Source: Mobula hypostoma
Taxonomy: Eukaryota
Direction of reading: 5' to 3'
DNA: 64,000 nt
Assembly (NCBI RefSeq): GCF_963921235.1
Contig: NC_086098.1
Span: forward strand, 8,928,001 to 8,992,000
Shown: positions 39,641 through 52,467 of the stretch, in pieces
Numbering within the stretch: position 1 is the first letter of the stretch
Layout: every line of letters begins with the position of its first letter
Notes under the pieces: generated by a model
Seen by the model: only the letters and a program-made list of their open reading frames with translations
What the model was told of the DNA's origin: nothing
Databases searched by the model: none
Program-made: the position numbers and the translations under genes

Positions 39641-41632
39641 AGACGATGGATAAGTTTCAAAGCACTCAGTCAGGTCCCAATGCTTGATGGGACCACATAC
39701 TGATTGGTTCTGCTCTCTGGGAATACCAAGGCAAGCAGAGTCAGACATGAATGACAGGCAAATGGGAGACCGCCTGGAAGCACCAGGTGCTGTCCGCCTG
39801 CTGCCTTGGAGGAGCAAATAATCCAACCGGTGTAGTGACACTGTAGATGCTCGAAGGCTCAGAGTGACTGAGTCAAGCTTAAAGCTACTGGTTCAAGTTC
39901 CTGCTAAATGCCAGTGCACCTCTCCATGTTGGAGGGGGTGTGTTCAGAAACGAGGAAAAACTGTCAGCTCAAGTTTCACCTTAAAAACATGCCATTTGAG
40001 GTAATTGTGGAGGATTAAGTAAGCCACCAGCATCGCTGGAGGCACCAGCAGAAGCCTATAAATGGAAAAAGTGTGGGAGGTGGAAGTGTTAGCGTGCAGA
40101 GAGGGTTTGGTGATTCTGTGGAGAACTAACTGCAGATGTAGTCTATTTCTGCCCAAAGAGAGGTGACAGTGGGTGGTTAAAAGAGATTTTACAGAGTTAA
40201 ACCTGTTTAAGCTTTTGTATACAACGGCTTTAAACAAAATGAATCTGATCAGAGGAGATATCTCCAGTTTGTTTTAACATAGTGTCAATATCCAAATAGA
40301 ATTATTAGGAAACTATTCCTATTGATTTTGTTATCTGAAAGTTACAATCAGTAATGACATCAAAGGGGAACCTGTCTGGAAGAATGATTGAGGCTCTCCC
40401 TGTGGAGGTGTTGAATGCAGTCCACAACTGTAATAAACATGTAGTAAATGTTGAAATCTCCACTGAGGTTAAATTGCCTCCCACATAAGGTTGACCTCAG
40501 TTCTTCCTCCCATGACTTCATCAGTAACCAACAAATATAGATTCCAAAGCTCTTGTTGACTAAGGTGGCTATTGAGACTTCTTTCTTCTGTTTCTACAAC
40601 GTTATTGTTCACTACCGTTCATCCATTCCATCATTATACAGATTAGTCTTACATGTCAGGTGTACATGGAAACATCAAAAAGTACGGTGAAATGCATCTT
40701 TTTGCATTAGCAATCAGCACAGTGTTGGATTGACCTTAGCACCAGACTGATTTGGAAAGGGCAGGTATGGGGCTGGCACATAGCGACCAGCCCAGAGCGT
40801 GTCGAAGTGACAGGGACCAGGTCACAGACTGAGAGACGGCCCGGCGCTTGGACAACTTAAACACCGGGCTGGAGGGATTGAAAAGGCCAGGTGTCAGGAC
40901 CGGAGGTGGGGGTCAAGCCGTTTCTGCTCATTGCTCCTTGACGATTATTCGGCTTTCCGCAGCACTGAAGCTGAAGCTGAAGCTGCGGGCTGCTCCGGGC
41001 TCCGTGCCTGCGAGCTCGGTTTTGCTCTGCTGTGTGATGTGCTGGGGCCGAGGCTACGGGCCAGTGCCAGCTGCTCTGGGCTTCGTCTCAATGAATTTTC
41101 ATTCTGAATGCGGCTGCTTGCTTTTATTGTTTGCACGATTTGTGCTTCATGTTCTCTTTGTGCATTAGTCTCTTTTTTAGTGAGTTATATTGGGTTTCTT
41201 TGTTCCGTGGCTGCCTGAAAGGAGACAAATCTCAAGGTTGTATTTAGTCTCCGTGCTTTGATAATCAGGGTACTTTGAACTTTGAACAATCCAAAGATGT
41301 GCTGGAGGGCAGCCCACAAGTGTTGCCGTTCTTCTGGCGCTAACATTGCATGACCTCAACTTATTAACGGTAACCCATACATCTTTGGAACGTGGGAGGA
41401 AAGCTGGGCACCCAGAGGAATCTCACACGGTCATGGGACAGACATACAAGCTCCTTACAGGTGGCCATGAGAATCGAACTCCGATCGGTGACGCATTGTG
41501 CTAACCATGATGCTACCATACCGTCACACCATACGATACTGAAGACGTGATCCACACTTTGCCCCTAGAATTCTGTTTGTGGACTTTGTCAGCTCAAAGG
41601 AACTTCTGTCAACTACAAAAAAAGACTCAAAT

Positions 41633-41918
41633 GTCACGAGAGGTTGCAGTTTTAAGGTGCTGGGGAGGAGGTACAGAGAAGATATCAGGGGTAAGTTTTT
41701 TACACAGAGAGTGGTGAGAGCGTGGAATGGGCTGCCAGCAACGGTGGTGGAGGCAGATATAATAGGCTCTTTTAAGAGACTCCAAGACAGGTACATGGAG
41801 CTCAGAAAAATAGAGGGCTATGGGTAACCCTAGTAATTCCTCTGGCAAGGACATGTTTGGCACGGCGTTGTCGGCCGATGGGCCTGTATTGTGCTGTAGG
41901 TTTGTTATGTTTCTATGT
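41633..41918 (+). mobile_element. CR1 3' fragment
   Basis: TRGCSFKV..FFTQRVVRAWNGLP. Confidence 0.88.
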
Positions 41919-42279
41919 AAATCATATTGAACTGTCACCCATTCTGCACTAAACCCCATGCATGTCTACAAATCTTTGTCCTGTGTATTCTTTAAACTTT
42001 GAACTTTGACCACAGCCCAGTATGGAAACATCAATGCTCTTAGACAGAAAATCCTTCAAAAAAAAAGAGGATACAGCCCAGTCCATCATGGGTAAACTCT
42101 TCCCCAACACTGAACACATCTCTATGGAGCATTGTCTCAGGAAAGCAGCATCCATCATCAAGGTCCTCACCACCCAGGACATGCCCTATTCTCACTGCTA
42201 CCATCAGAAAGGTGGTACAGGAGCCTCAGGACTCACACCACCAGTTTCAGAAATGGTTATTACTCCTCAACTCTTGAAC

Positions 42280-42757
42280 CAGGCTGAGAGTAGCAGACAC
42301 CAACAGAATCAACAAACTCATTTGTAAGGCCAGTGATGTTGTGGGGATGGAACTGGACTCTCTCACGGTGGTGTCTGAAAAGAGGATGCTGTCTAAGTTG
42401 CATGTCATCTTGGTCAATGTCTCCCATCCACTACATAATGTACACTGGGTGGGCACAGGAGTACATTCAGCCAGAGACTCATTCCACCGAGATGCAACAC
42501 AGAGCATCATAGGAAGTCATTCCTGCCTGTGGCCATCAAACTTTACAACTCCTCCCTTGGAGGGTCAGACACCCTGAGCCAATATGCTGGTCCTGGACTT
42601 AATTCCATCTGGCATAATTTACATATTATTATTTAATAATTTATGGTTTTATATTGCTATATTTATACTCTATTCTTGGTTGGTGCAACTGTAACGAAAC
42701 CTAATTTCCCTCGGGATCAATAAAGTATGTCTATCTATCTATCTATCTATCTATCTA
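42280..42757 (+). mobile_element. Rex1 3' end with (tatc)n tail, inserted in an L2-like fragment (42020-43052)
   Basis: Near-identical to 54240-54815. The host resumes after 42757. Confidence 0.85.
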
Positions 42758-43637
42758 TAACTTCACTTGCCCCATCACTGAACTGTTCCCACAATCTATG
42801 GACTCATTTTCAAGGGCTCTGCGTCGTCATGATCTTGATATTTATCGCTTGTTTATTTATTTATTATTATTTTGTATTTGCACAGTTTGTTGACTTTTGC
42901 ACATTGGTTGTTTGTCCGTCCTGTTGGATGCGGTCTTTCACTGATTTTATTGTGTTTCTTGGATTTACTGAATATGCCCACAAGAAAATGAATCTCAGGG
43001 TTGTATATGGTGACATAAAAGTACGTTGATAATAAATTTACTTTGAACTTTGAATTGTCAACTGATTTCAAAATTCTTGACAAACGTCAAAACTTTCACT
43101 CCTCCTTTTCAATTCCAATTTTCTGCATCTCCCTGACATAGACCTGCCTCCACTCCCTCCACCCAAGAACTAACGCAAGTGCCATCAAAAGCATTCATAC
43201 AACTGGGATCTCTGTAACTAAAGATAAAATCTTGGCCACCTCAAAGCCCATTCTTCCATGCCCCTATTTTATCTGTAAAATCTCTTGGAATATTTTGTTA
43301 TGGAATAAAACCTCACTTGTATAGTATCTTAGAAATTCTTTTAGTTTTTCCTCCATGAATCACATTCTGCACATAAATTTTAAATATGTTTCTTTCCAGA
43401 GCTTTGATGGCATCTCCACATTTAGTAACTGGGGTAATGTGAGTCATGAGTTACCATTCTGTCATTTTAGACTTCCTCTTTATTGCATGCAACCAACCAG
43501 GACTAAAACTTGATTTATATCATAAGACCTTTTAGCAAAATTGGTCAGTTTGCCCATGGAGTCTGCCTTGCCATTTCATCATGGCTGATTTATTATCCCT
43601 CTCAACCCCATTCTCCTGCCTTCCACCAGTAACCTTT

Positions 43638-44019
43638 GGTGGCATCCGTTAGTCTCGCGAGACCATGGATCTGCACCTGGAAGTTTCCAGGACATAGGTC
43701 TGGGCAAGGTTGTATGGAAGGCTGGCAGTTGCCCATGCAGTAAGTCGCTCCTCTCCACAACACCAATGTTGTCCAAGGGAAGGGCAAGGGCCGATACAGC
43801 TCGGCACCAGTGTCGTCGCAGGAGTTGCCAGAACGAGGTTGAAGGCAACGTCGGACTACCTTAGGGACCCCAGCTCCAGATTTGTCCTCAGTGTTTACTC
43901 CTGAAGCCTTTCCCATGAGTGGGTATGGCCGCAAGGCAGCAGAGGTTTGAAATCAGAGTTTTCCCTCTCTTAGATGGACTGCCTTCCCAGGCTGACGAAC
44001 TCCATCTACCTGAATGTAC
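43638..44019 (-). mobile_element. RTE-like non-autonomous element inserted in a CR1
   Basis: TSD ccagtaaccttt at 43626-43637 and 44020-44031. Its 3' about 180 bp is shared with the tRNA SINE at 44861. Confidence 0.75.
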
Positions 44020-44860
44020 CCAGTAACCTTTAATGCCTTTACTAATCAAGAACCTATCAACTTCTGCTTTAAATATGCCCAGTGACTTGTCTTCCACCGC
44101 CGCCTGTGGCAAAAAATTCCACAAATTCACCACCCCTGGCTAAAGAAATGTTTCCTCATCTCTGTTCTAAATGTACATCCCTCAACTCTTGTCCTTGACT
44201 CCCCCACTATAGGAAACATCTTCTCCACATCCACTCTTTCTAGGCCTTTCAATAGTCGATGGGTTTCAATGAGATACCCCCCCCCCCCACCCATTCTTCT
44301 AAATTCGACTGAGTACAGGCCCACATCCATCAAAAGCTCCTTTTATGTTAACCCATTCATACCTGGGATTGTTCTCATGAACTTCCTCCGGACTCTTTCC
44401 AATACCAGCCCATCCTTTCCTAGCTTAGGTGTCCAGAACTGCTCACAATACTCTAAATGCAGTCTGACCAGTGCCTTATAAAGACTCAGTATCACATTCT
44501 TGCTTTTATATTCCAGATCTTTCAAAATAAATGCTGACATTACAATTATCTTTCTTACCACCGACTCAACCTATAAGTTAACCTTTAGGAAATCCCATGT
44601 CCCTCTGCACCTCTGATTTTTAATTTTCTCCCCAGTTAGAAAATAGTCCATGCCTCTATTCCTTCTTCCAAAGTGCATAACAATGTAATTTCCTACATTA
44701 TATTCCATCTGCTGCTTCTTTTCCCATTCCCCCAATCTGTCTAAGTCCTTCTGCAGACGCCCTGCTTCCTCAACACTACCCGCTCCTACATCTATCTGCA
44801 TATCGTCTACACAACTGGCCACTAAGACACAAATTCCATCATCCAAATCATTGACATATA

Positions 44861-45163
44861 GGCATCCGTTAGTCTCGTGAGACCATGGATTTGTGCCTTG
44901 GAAGGTTTCCAGGGTGCAGGCCTGGGCAAGGTTGTATGGAAGATCGGCAGTTGCCCATGCTGCAAGTCTCCCCTCTCCACGCCACCGATGTTGTCCAAGG
45001 GAAGGGCATTAGGACCCATACAGCTTGGCACCAGTGTCGTCGCAGAGCAATGTGTGGTTAAGTACCTCGCTCAAGGACACAACACACTGCCTCGGCTGAG
45101 GCTCGAACTAGCGACCTTCAGATCACTAGACTGATGCCTTAACCACTTGGCCACGTGCCAACA
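44861..45163 (-). mobile_element. Full-length tRNA-derived SINE (303 bp)
   Basis: A box TGGCCAAGTGG and B box GTTCGAGCC. TSD cattgacatata at 44849-44860 and 45164-45175. Confidence 0.9.
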
Positions 45164-45459
45164 CATTGACATATAACATGAGAAGAATTGGTCCCAACAC
45201 CAACCCCTGTGGAACACCAGTGGTCACTGGCAGCCAACCAGAAAAGCTCTCTTTACTGAACAATATTAGATGCATTTTTTTTCATCTTAGAGCCATCAGG
45301 AATTTCATCACCTTTTTTTTCAGTGGGTATTTTATTCCTACAAAATATTATTTTCAATGTATAACACCCCAATGGCAACAACAATTGTGCAATATGTAGA
45401 AATCATTTTGGAGACTACAATCTCAAGTTCAAGTGTATTGGCATCTAACTGCACGTATA

Positions 45460-45988
45460 TACAGTACTGTACAAAAGTCTTAAGCACATATATATAGCTA
45501 GGGTACCCAACAGTTCTGCACAGCATGTAATAATTTTATGTATTGCACTGTACTGTTGCCACAAAAAAAAGCTTTTCTTGACATATGTGAGTAATGATAA
45601 ACCTGATTCTGATATGGGTCTCTATTGTGGACTGACAGTGGGAAGGGGGCAGGGAGAGAGGAATCATGGTTGGGGAAAGGGGAAGGGAGAGGGAGGGAGT
45701 GGGAAGCAGTAGACAGACATTCTGTAATTGTCAATAAACCAATTGTTCAGAATCAATTGATCTTGCCTGTTGTCTTAGGACAGGGTGTGTCTGCACCCAC
45801 ACCTGGCACTCCCTCTCTTAACCCACAACCCTCCCGTGGTGCTCCCTCCTTCACCATTCCCAACATCCTTTGCTCCCGCCAGACTTACAAACTCACTCTC
45901 TGCTCTGTGTTGACAAACACAGTACTGTGCAAAAATCTTAGGCACACAAGCCATATACGTTTGCCTAAGACTTTTGCACAGTACAGTA
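45460..45988. mobile_element. Composite Tc1-like MITE bounded by two ~70-bp TIR hairpins
   Basis: CAGTACTGTGCAAAAGTCTTAGGCAC-type TIR pairs at 45460-45529 and 45920-45988. Related copies at 47204-47698, 48465-48755 and 50080-50415. Confidence 0.7.
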
Positions 45989-46309
45989 TATTCAACCAAC
46001 AGAAACATTGTTCCTCCAGACCACAGTGCACCCGCAAAACATATATCACACGCTGCACACAAAGCAAAATATTACCACGGATCAGTTAGTAAAATATATC
46101 TCAAAGTGTCTGCAGTGCACAGCATAGGTAAACAGTAAACAGTTAAGAGTTCGCAGTCCTAGTGACGAGATCTCAGTGGAGGATGGGTATTCTTTAGCCT
46201 CCTCTAATAAATTATAGTTACTTTCAGAACCAGAAGACTTAACCAACTTTAGACAGGGTCACAGGTAGGTAGGATCATAAAGAGAACTTCTGGCACAATG
46301 GCCTTCATA

Positions 46310-46895
46310 AATCAAAGTATAGAGTAAAGGAGTTAGGATGTTATGTTAAAGTTGTATAGGATGTTGGTGAGGTTTAATTTAGATTATTCTCTGCAGTTCT
46401 CGTCACCTGCCTACAGGAACTATATCAAAAGATTTTTACAGAAGAAGAAGTTTTTATAAGGAATATTGCCAGGACTTGAAAACCCGAGTTATAGGGAAAG
46501 GATTTTTTTCCCTGGAGCATAGGAAAAGGAGAGGAGATTTGATAGAGGTACACAAAGTTATGATGGGTATAGACAGTATAAATGCAAGCAGGCTTTTTTC
46601 CACTGAGGTCGGGTGAGACCACAACTAGATGTCATGGCTTAAGGGTCAAAGATGAAATGTTTAAGGGGAACATTCGGAGAATGGTAAGAGTGTGGAACGA
46701 GCTGCCAGCAGAAGTGATGGATGCAGGTTGTATTTCAACATTGAAGAGAAGTTTGGATAGGTACATGGATGGGAGGAGTTTGAAGGGCTATATTCCAGAT
46801 ACAGATCGATGAGTCTAGACAGATTAACAGTTCGGATTGGACTAGATGGGCTGAAGGGCGCATATCTGTGCTGCAGTGATCTATGACTCTATGAC
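46310..46895 (+). mobile_element. CR1 3' fragment
   Basis: TTTRCHGLRV..VRVWNELPAEV, with a ctatgactctatgact tail. Confidence 0.8.
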
Positions 46896-49549
46896 TTAAG
46901 CCTTGCCCAAGGGTGACCTGCAGGCTAGCAGAGGAAAGGAGCACTTTACACCTCCTATGGTAGAGATGTATCTCCATTCTACCACTCAATAAGGTAAACA
47001 ATAACCATGCAGAATTAAGTGTTACATCTTTTTGGCAGCGCAGGTGGCCAATAAGGAGCAAGACCATAACAAAGTAGATTGTGAGGTCAAGAATCCATCT
47101 TATCATACTAGAGAACCATTTAACAGTCTTACAACAGTGGGGTAGAAGCTGTCCTTGAGCCTGCTGGGATGCGCTTTCAGGGTTTTGAATCTTCTCAGGC
47201 AGGGTGCCTAAGACTTTTGCATCAACAACATGTTGTCAACATGGAGCAGAGATCGAATTTGTAAATCTGACAGGAGTAAAGGATGTTGGGAATGGTGCTG
47301 GTGGAGCGGGGGGGGGGGGTTATGGGTCAGGTGACAGAGAATGAGTGCCAGGGGTGGCGGGTTATGGGGTGCAGACACACTCAACCCTGAGACACCAGGC
47401 AGGGTCATTTAATTCCAAACAATTGGTTTATTGATCATTCCAGAATGTCTCTATGGCGCTTCCTGCTCCTTTCCCTTTTTCCCAACAATGATTCGCCTCT
47501 CTCTGTCCACTTCACATCTCAGTCCACAATAGAGAACCATATCAGAACCAGGTTTATCATCACTCACATATGTCATGAAGTTTGTGTTTTTTGCAGCAGC
47601 AGCAGTACAGTATAATACATAATATTACTACAGTACCGTGCAAAACTCTTAGGCCCCCTAGCTATATATATGTACCTAAGATTTTTACATATTCACTGGA
47701 AGGAATGTGTCATGAATTGGGTTTGGGGAGGTATGGGTGGAATTATTGGTGGGAGGAGCAGATTGCAAATTTGATTCAGCAGAAACCTGGCTCAGTTAAA
47801 ATGAACAGCAGGTTCATTGTCACTTGTTTACTAGCTTTATGCAAATGAAATCTGTCTTAAATTTTCTTTATGATTACTCATTACTATTGCTTTTGATGTA
47901 TCTGAAATCCCATTTTAAACAATCGGTAATGGCTTGTCGGTGAGTGAGGACTCCGATCTATCTAACTCACTTGCTCCCTGTCCCTCTGATGCTCTACAAA
48001 ACCAACCTGTCATCGTGCTGTGACCCTTTGCCTTGCTCTAGGGAAACAATACTCTACAATGTTCAGCAGATGGTGATGATTTAGCTGGCTTCGTCTGTAC
48101 TGCAGATCCCCACGACATCCGAGCAGTTCCAACTGGAATGACTTCGCTGTAGAATATCCTGTGAATATATTTTATCATTGGTTAGAAACTGGTGCACAAA
48201 TTATCCTTTTCCTGTACTTTTTCAGTGTGACATTCATGAATGCAAGGGGTGGTAAGGTGGTACAGTGGTTAGCATAACACTTTCACAATGCCTGCTGCTC
48301 TCGGCATGGAGTTTGTACGTTCTCCCCATGACTGTGTGGGTTTCCTCTTGGTGCCCTGGTTTCCTCCCACATTCCAAAGGCATAAGGGTCAGGATTAGTA
48401 GGGTGTGGGCATGTTATGTTGGCACCGGAAACACTTGCAGGCTGCCCCAGCACATTTCGGACCGTGATGGGAGCCAAGGATGCTGGGAAGAGTGAGGGTG
48501 GAACACAGTGGTGGGAGGGTGGCAGAGGAGGGGTGTCATAGGTGGGGGTAGCTCTGAGATGCCAGGCAGGGTCGGTTCATTCCAAACAATAGAGACCCGA
48601 TCAGAATCAGGTTTATTAATACTCACACATGTCATGAAAGCAGTTTTTTTCACGTCAGCAGCACAGTGCAATACTTAAAATGACTACAGTACTGTGCAAA
48701 GGTCTTGGGCACCCTGGCTGTATATATGTGCCTAAGACTACAGCACGGTTCTGTATGATTTGCTGTTTCAATGTACACGTGACACACGATCTATATGACA
48801 GGATGTAGACACCTGTACTCTGCTGATTTTAGGAGATTGAAGGGTTGTTTCAGCTGAGGCTGTTGAGATCATTAAAGGATTAGAAAAGACAATAGAGAGA
48901 GGTGCAAATTTCCACAGGTGTATGGTGAGGAGATTTCTGACTGGTTGCTTCACCATCTGGTATGGAAGGTCCACTGTGCAGGACTGAATGAGGCTAAAGA
49001 GAGATGTTGACTCAGCCAGCTCCATCACAGGAACAACCACCCACCTGCCCCACGTACTGTTGCCTTTTCAGGCACTGAATATTTTCTTGCCAAAAGTATG
49101 ACGTTAATGTACTTTATTGCAAACCTTGTAGGAGTTACCAGAGAAACAGTGGCTTGCTGGGGATTCCTCGTGGTTTACATTAAGTACACAAGAAAAGGAT
49201 GCAGCCAATGACCTCAGCGCCGTTTTATGTGAGATTCAGACCAGCCAAGGCTACAGGTACAAGACGCAGTCTTTGGGACTTCCAGAGGTGATGCTTCAAA
49301 AAGTCAGCATCCATCCATCATGGGGCCCCCCGTCCCCCACCCAGCCAGGATATGCCCTTTTCTCGTGACTTCCATCAAGGAAGAGGTACGAGAGCCTGAA
49401 GAGCGACACTCAATACTTTATAAACTGCTTCTTCCCCTCTGCCATCAGATCTCTGAACGGTCCATGAATCCATGAACCCTACTCCTCTACTTTGCTCTTT
49501 TTGCAATATTTATTTATATTTTATTATCTATCTGTTTGTAACTATGGTC

Positions 49550-50075
49550 ACTGAATTATAGGAAAGATGTCAATAAAATTGAGAGAGTACAGAGGAGATT
49601 TACTAAAATGTTGCCTGAGTTTCATCTCCAAAGTTACAGAGAAAGGTTGAACAAGTTAGGTCTTTATTCTTTGGAGTGTAGAAGGTTGAGGGGGGACTTG
49701 ATAGAGGTGTTTAAATTTATGAGGGGGATTGATAAAGTTGACGTGGATAGGCTTTGTCTATCGAGAGTAGGGGAGATTCAAACAAGAGGACATGAGTTGA
49801 GAGTTAAAGGACAAAGGTTTAGGGGTAACATGAGGGGGAACTTCTTTACTCAGAGAGTGGTAGCTGTGTGGAACGAGCTTCCAGCAGAAGTGGTTGAGGC
49901 AGGTTCGATGTTGTCATTTAAAGTTAAATTGGATAGATAGGTGGACAGGAGAGGAATGGAGGGTTATGGGCTGAGTGCAGGTTGGTGGGACTAGGTGAGA
50001 GTAAGAGTTCGGCATGGACTAGAAGGGCCGAGATGGCCTGTTTCCATGCTGTAGTTGTTATATGGCTATATGGTT
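49550..50075 (+). mobile_element. CR1 3' fragment
   Basis: ORF 49608-49940 SYRERLNKLGLYSLECRRLRGDLIEV..FFTQRVVAVWNELP. Confidence 0.9.
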
Positions 50076-50428
50076 AACTTATAGTAATTATTTATGTATT
50101 GCACTGTACTGCATTGCTCTGCATGGAGCAGAGAGTTGAGTTTGCAAATCTGGCAGGAGCAAAGGATGTTGAAAATGATGAGGGTGGAGTGCCGCAGGAG
50201 GGGTGTGGGACAGGTGGCAGAGAGGAGTGCCTGGGGCGGTGGAGGAGGGGGGAATGGCGCGGGGAGCAGACACAACCAGCCCTGAGCCACCAGGCAAGGT
50301 CATTCAATTACAAACATTTGGTTTATTGATCATTACAGAACGTCTCTCAACACACTTTTTGCTTCCCCCCCTCTCTCCCTTCCCCTTTCCCAGCCGTGGT
50401 TGCTTCTCCCTCTCAGTCCAGGTAAATC

Positions 50429-52183
50429 TTTTCTTTTTAAATCTTTTTATTGAATGAGTATGCAAAGGGTAAACCATAAAGGTACTAATACACTGTTAAA
50501 AATTACAGGAGATATTAATACAGAAGAAAAAATTGATACAAACAGTGCAATTTAAACATAAAATAATATGGTAAAATAATAGTATACTGATTTATATATA
50601 TATATATATATCAATAGAGAAAAGGAAAAAAAAACAAAAAAAGACCCCAAAAAAAACCCACCGTGCAACTAAACTAAAAGCAAAGCAAAGCAATGGGCTA
50701 ACTTGGAAACAGGTAGAGTTAAAGAACTTAAAATCACGTCCTCAAACCCACCCTCCATTAAAAACAGTTTTAAAAAAAGGCAAGAAGGGAATATAAATAT
50801 GGAACAAAAGAGAAAAAAAATTACATTAAATGAAAATATTGAATAAAAGATCTCCAGGTCTGTTCAAATTTAAGTGAGGAATCATAAAGATTACTTCTAA
50901 TTTTCTCCAAATTTAAGCATAATATCATCTGGGAAAACCAAAAAAAGGTAGTTGGAGCATTAGGCTCTTTCCAATGTTGTAAGATACATCTTTTCGCCAT
51001 TAAAGTAAGAAATGCAATCATTCTACGGGCTGAAGGGGAAAGATTACTGGAAATTTTAGGTAATCCAAAGATAGCAGTAATAGGATGAGGAGAAATATCT
51101 ATATTCAATACCTTTGAGATAATATTAAAAATGTCTCTCCAAAATGTTTCCAGAGTAGGACAAGACCAAAACATATGAGTTAAAGAGGCTATCTGCCCCA
51201 GACATCTATGACAAAAAGGATTAATATGAGAATAGAAACAAGCTAATTTATCTTTGGACATATGTGCTCTGTGAACAACTTTAAATTGAATTAGGGAATG
51301 TTTAGCACAGATAGAGGAAGTATTGACAAATTGTAAAATCTGCCCCCAGTCATCCACGGAAATAATAGAACCCAATTCTTGTTCCCAATCTGACCTAATC
51401 TTATCAAATGGAGCTTTCCTAAGTTTCATAATAATATTATAAATAATAGCCGTTACACCTTTCTGACATGGATTAAGGTTAATTGTAGTATCTAAAATAT
51501 ATGTAGGAGGTAGCGTCGGAAAGGAAGAGAGTATAGTACTTAGGAAATTTCTAACTTGGAAATATCTAAAAAAATGTATTCTTGGTAAATTATATTTATT
51601 AGATAATTGTTCAAAAGACATAAGGGAACCATCTAAAAATAAATCCAAAAACCGTGAAATACCCTTAGTCTTCCAAATTTGAAACGCACGATCCGTGAAA
51701 GAGGGAGGAAAAAATATTTTACCTAAAATAGGGATCGCTAGCCCAAATTGGTTGAGATCAAAAAATTTTCTGAATTGAAACCAAATACACAAGGTATACT
51801 TAACTATCGGGTTAGAGACCAGTTTAAGGCGTTTCAAATCAAAAGGAAGAGAGGAACCTAAAATAGAGCCAAGTGCATAGCCCTGAGCAGATTGTAATTC
51901 CAATACTACCCATTTAGGAATGGATAGTGTATCTTGGTCAAGTAACCAAAATTTCATATGTCGAATATTAATTGCCCAATAATAGAATCTAAAGTTAGGT
52001 AATGCTAGACCTCCACCTCTCTTGGCTTTCTGTAAATGTATTTTACCCAATCTCGGGTTTTTATTTTGCCAAATAAATGAAGAAATTTTAGAGTCAACTT
52101 TATCAAAAAAAGATTTTGGAACAAAAATCGGTAATGCCTGAAATATATATAAAAATTCTGGCAGAATAAACATCTTAACTGCA
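50429..52183 (-). mobile_element. 5'-truncated L1-clade LINE with uninterrupted 450-aa ORF2 C-terminus
   Basis: ORF 50821-52173: GGLALPNFRFYYWA, and a CHRC..HMFWSC knuckle. AATAAA plus an A-rich tail. TSD tcagtccaggtaaatc at 50413-50428 and 52184-52199. Confidence 0.93.
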
Positions 52184-52467
52184 TCAGTCCAGGTAAATCA
52201 CTTCCACATCCTCTCCGAAGCCTCAGCATTCATAACGTGGCTGTGCTCATTCTGTTGCCCTCTGTTCCCTTGAAGCTGCATGAGTACACAGCCATGCAGT
52301 AACTGAAAGGCTCCCACGCACATAGGCTTCGTTGCCACGCAGCTGGAATTGAACGCAGCCAGAGAAAGTTTGCAATACATTAACTATTTTCTTTGCTGTA
52401 CTGTATTTCATTTTACCCTTCAATTAATAAATAAAATCAAAAATTTTCATTCTAAATATTTATAGTA

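Larger units (their letters stand above)
43530..45245 (-). mobile_element. CR1 RT-to-3' fragment hosting two insertions
   Basis: VDD..., LQKDLDRLGEW, LYKALVRLHLEYC, MVNLWNFLP. Confidence 0.85.

Noticed and set aside
39640..40560. Unique stretch with AP-1 (tgagtca) and TCF (catcaaag) motifs, possible enhancer
   Set aside because: Short motifs are expected by chance, and conservation cannot be assessed here.
45085..45163. tRNA gene on the minus strand (also 5480-5558)
   Set aside because: It has A and B boxes but continues into a SINE body, and the 44861-45163 copy has a TSD. It is a SINE head.
47920..48170. Possible exon in unique sequence
   Set aside because: No recognisable peptide in the frames I translated and no convincing splice-site pair.
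50821..52173. 450-aa host gene
   Set aside because: L1 ORF2 C-terminus. It is 5'-truncated, with an A-rich tail and TSD.
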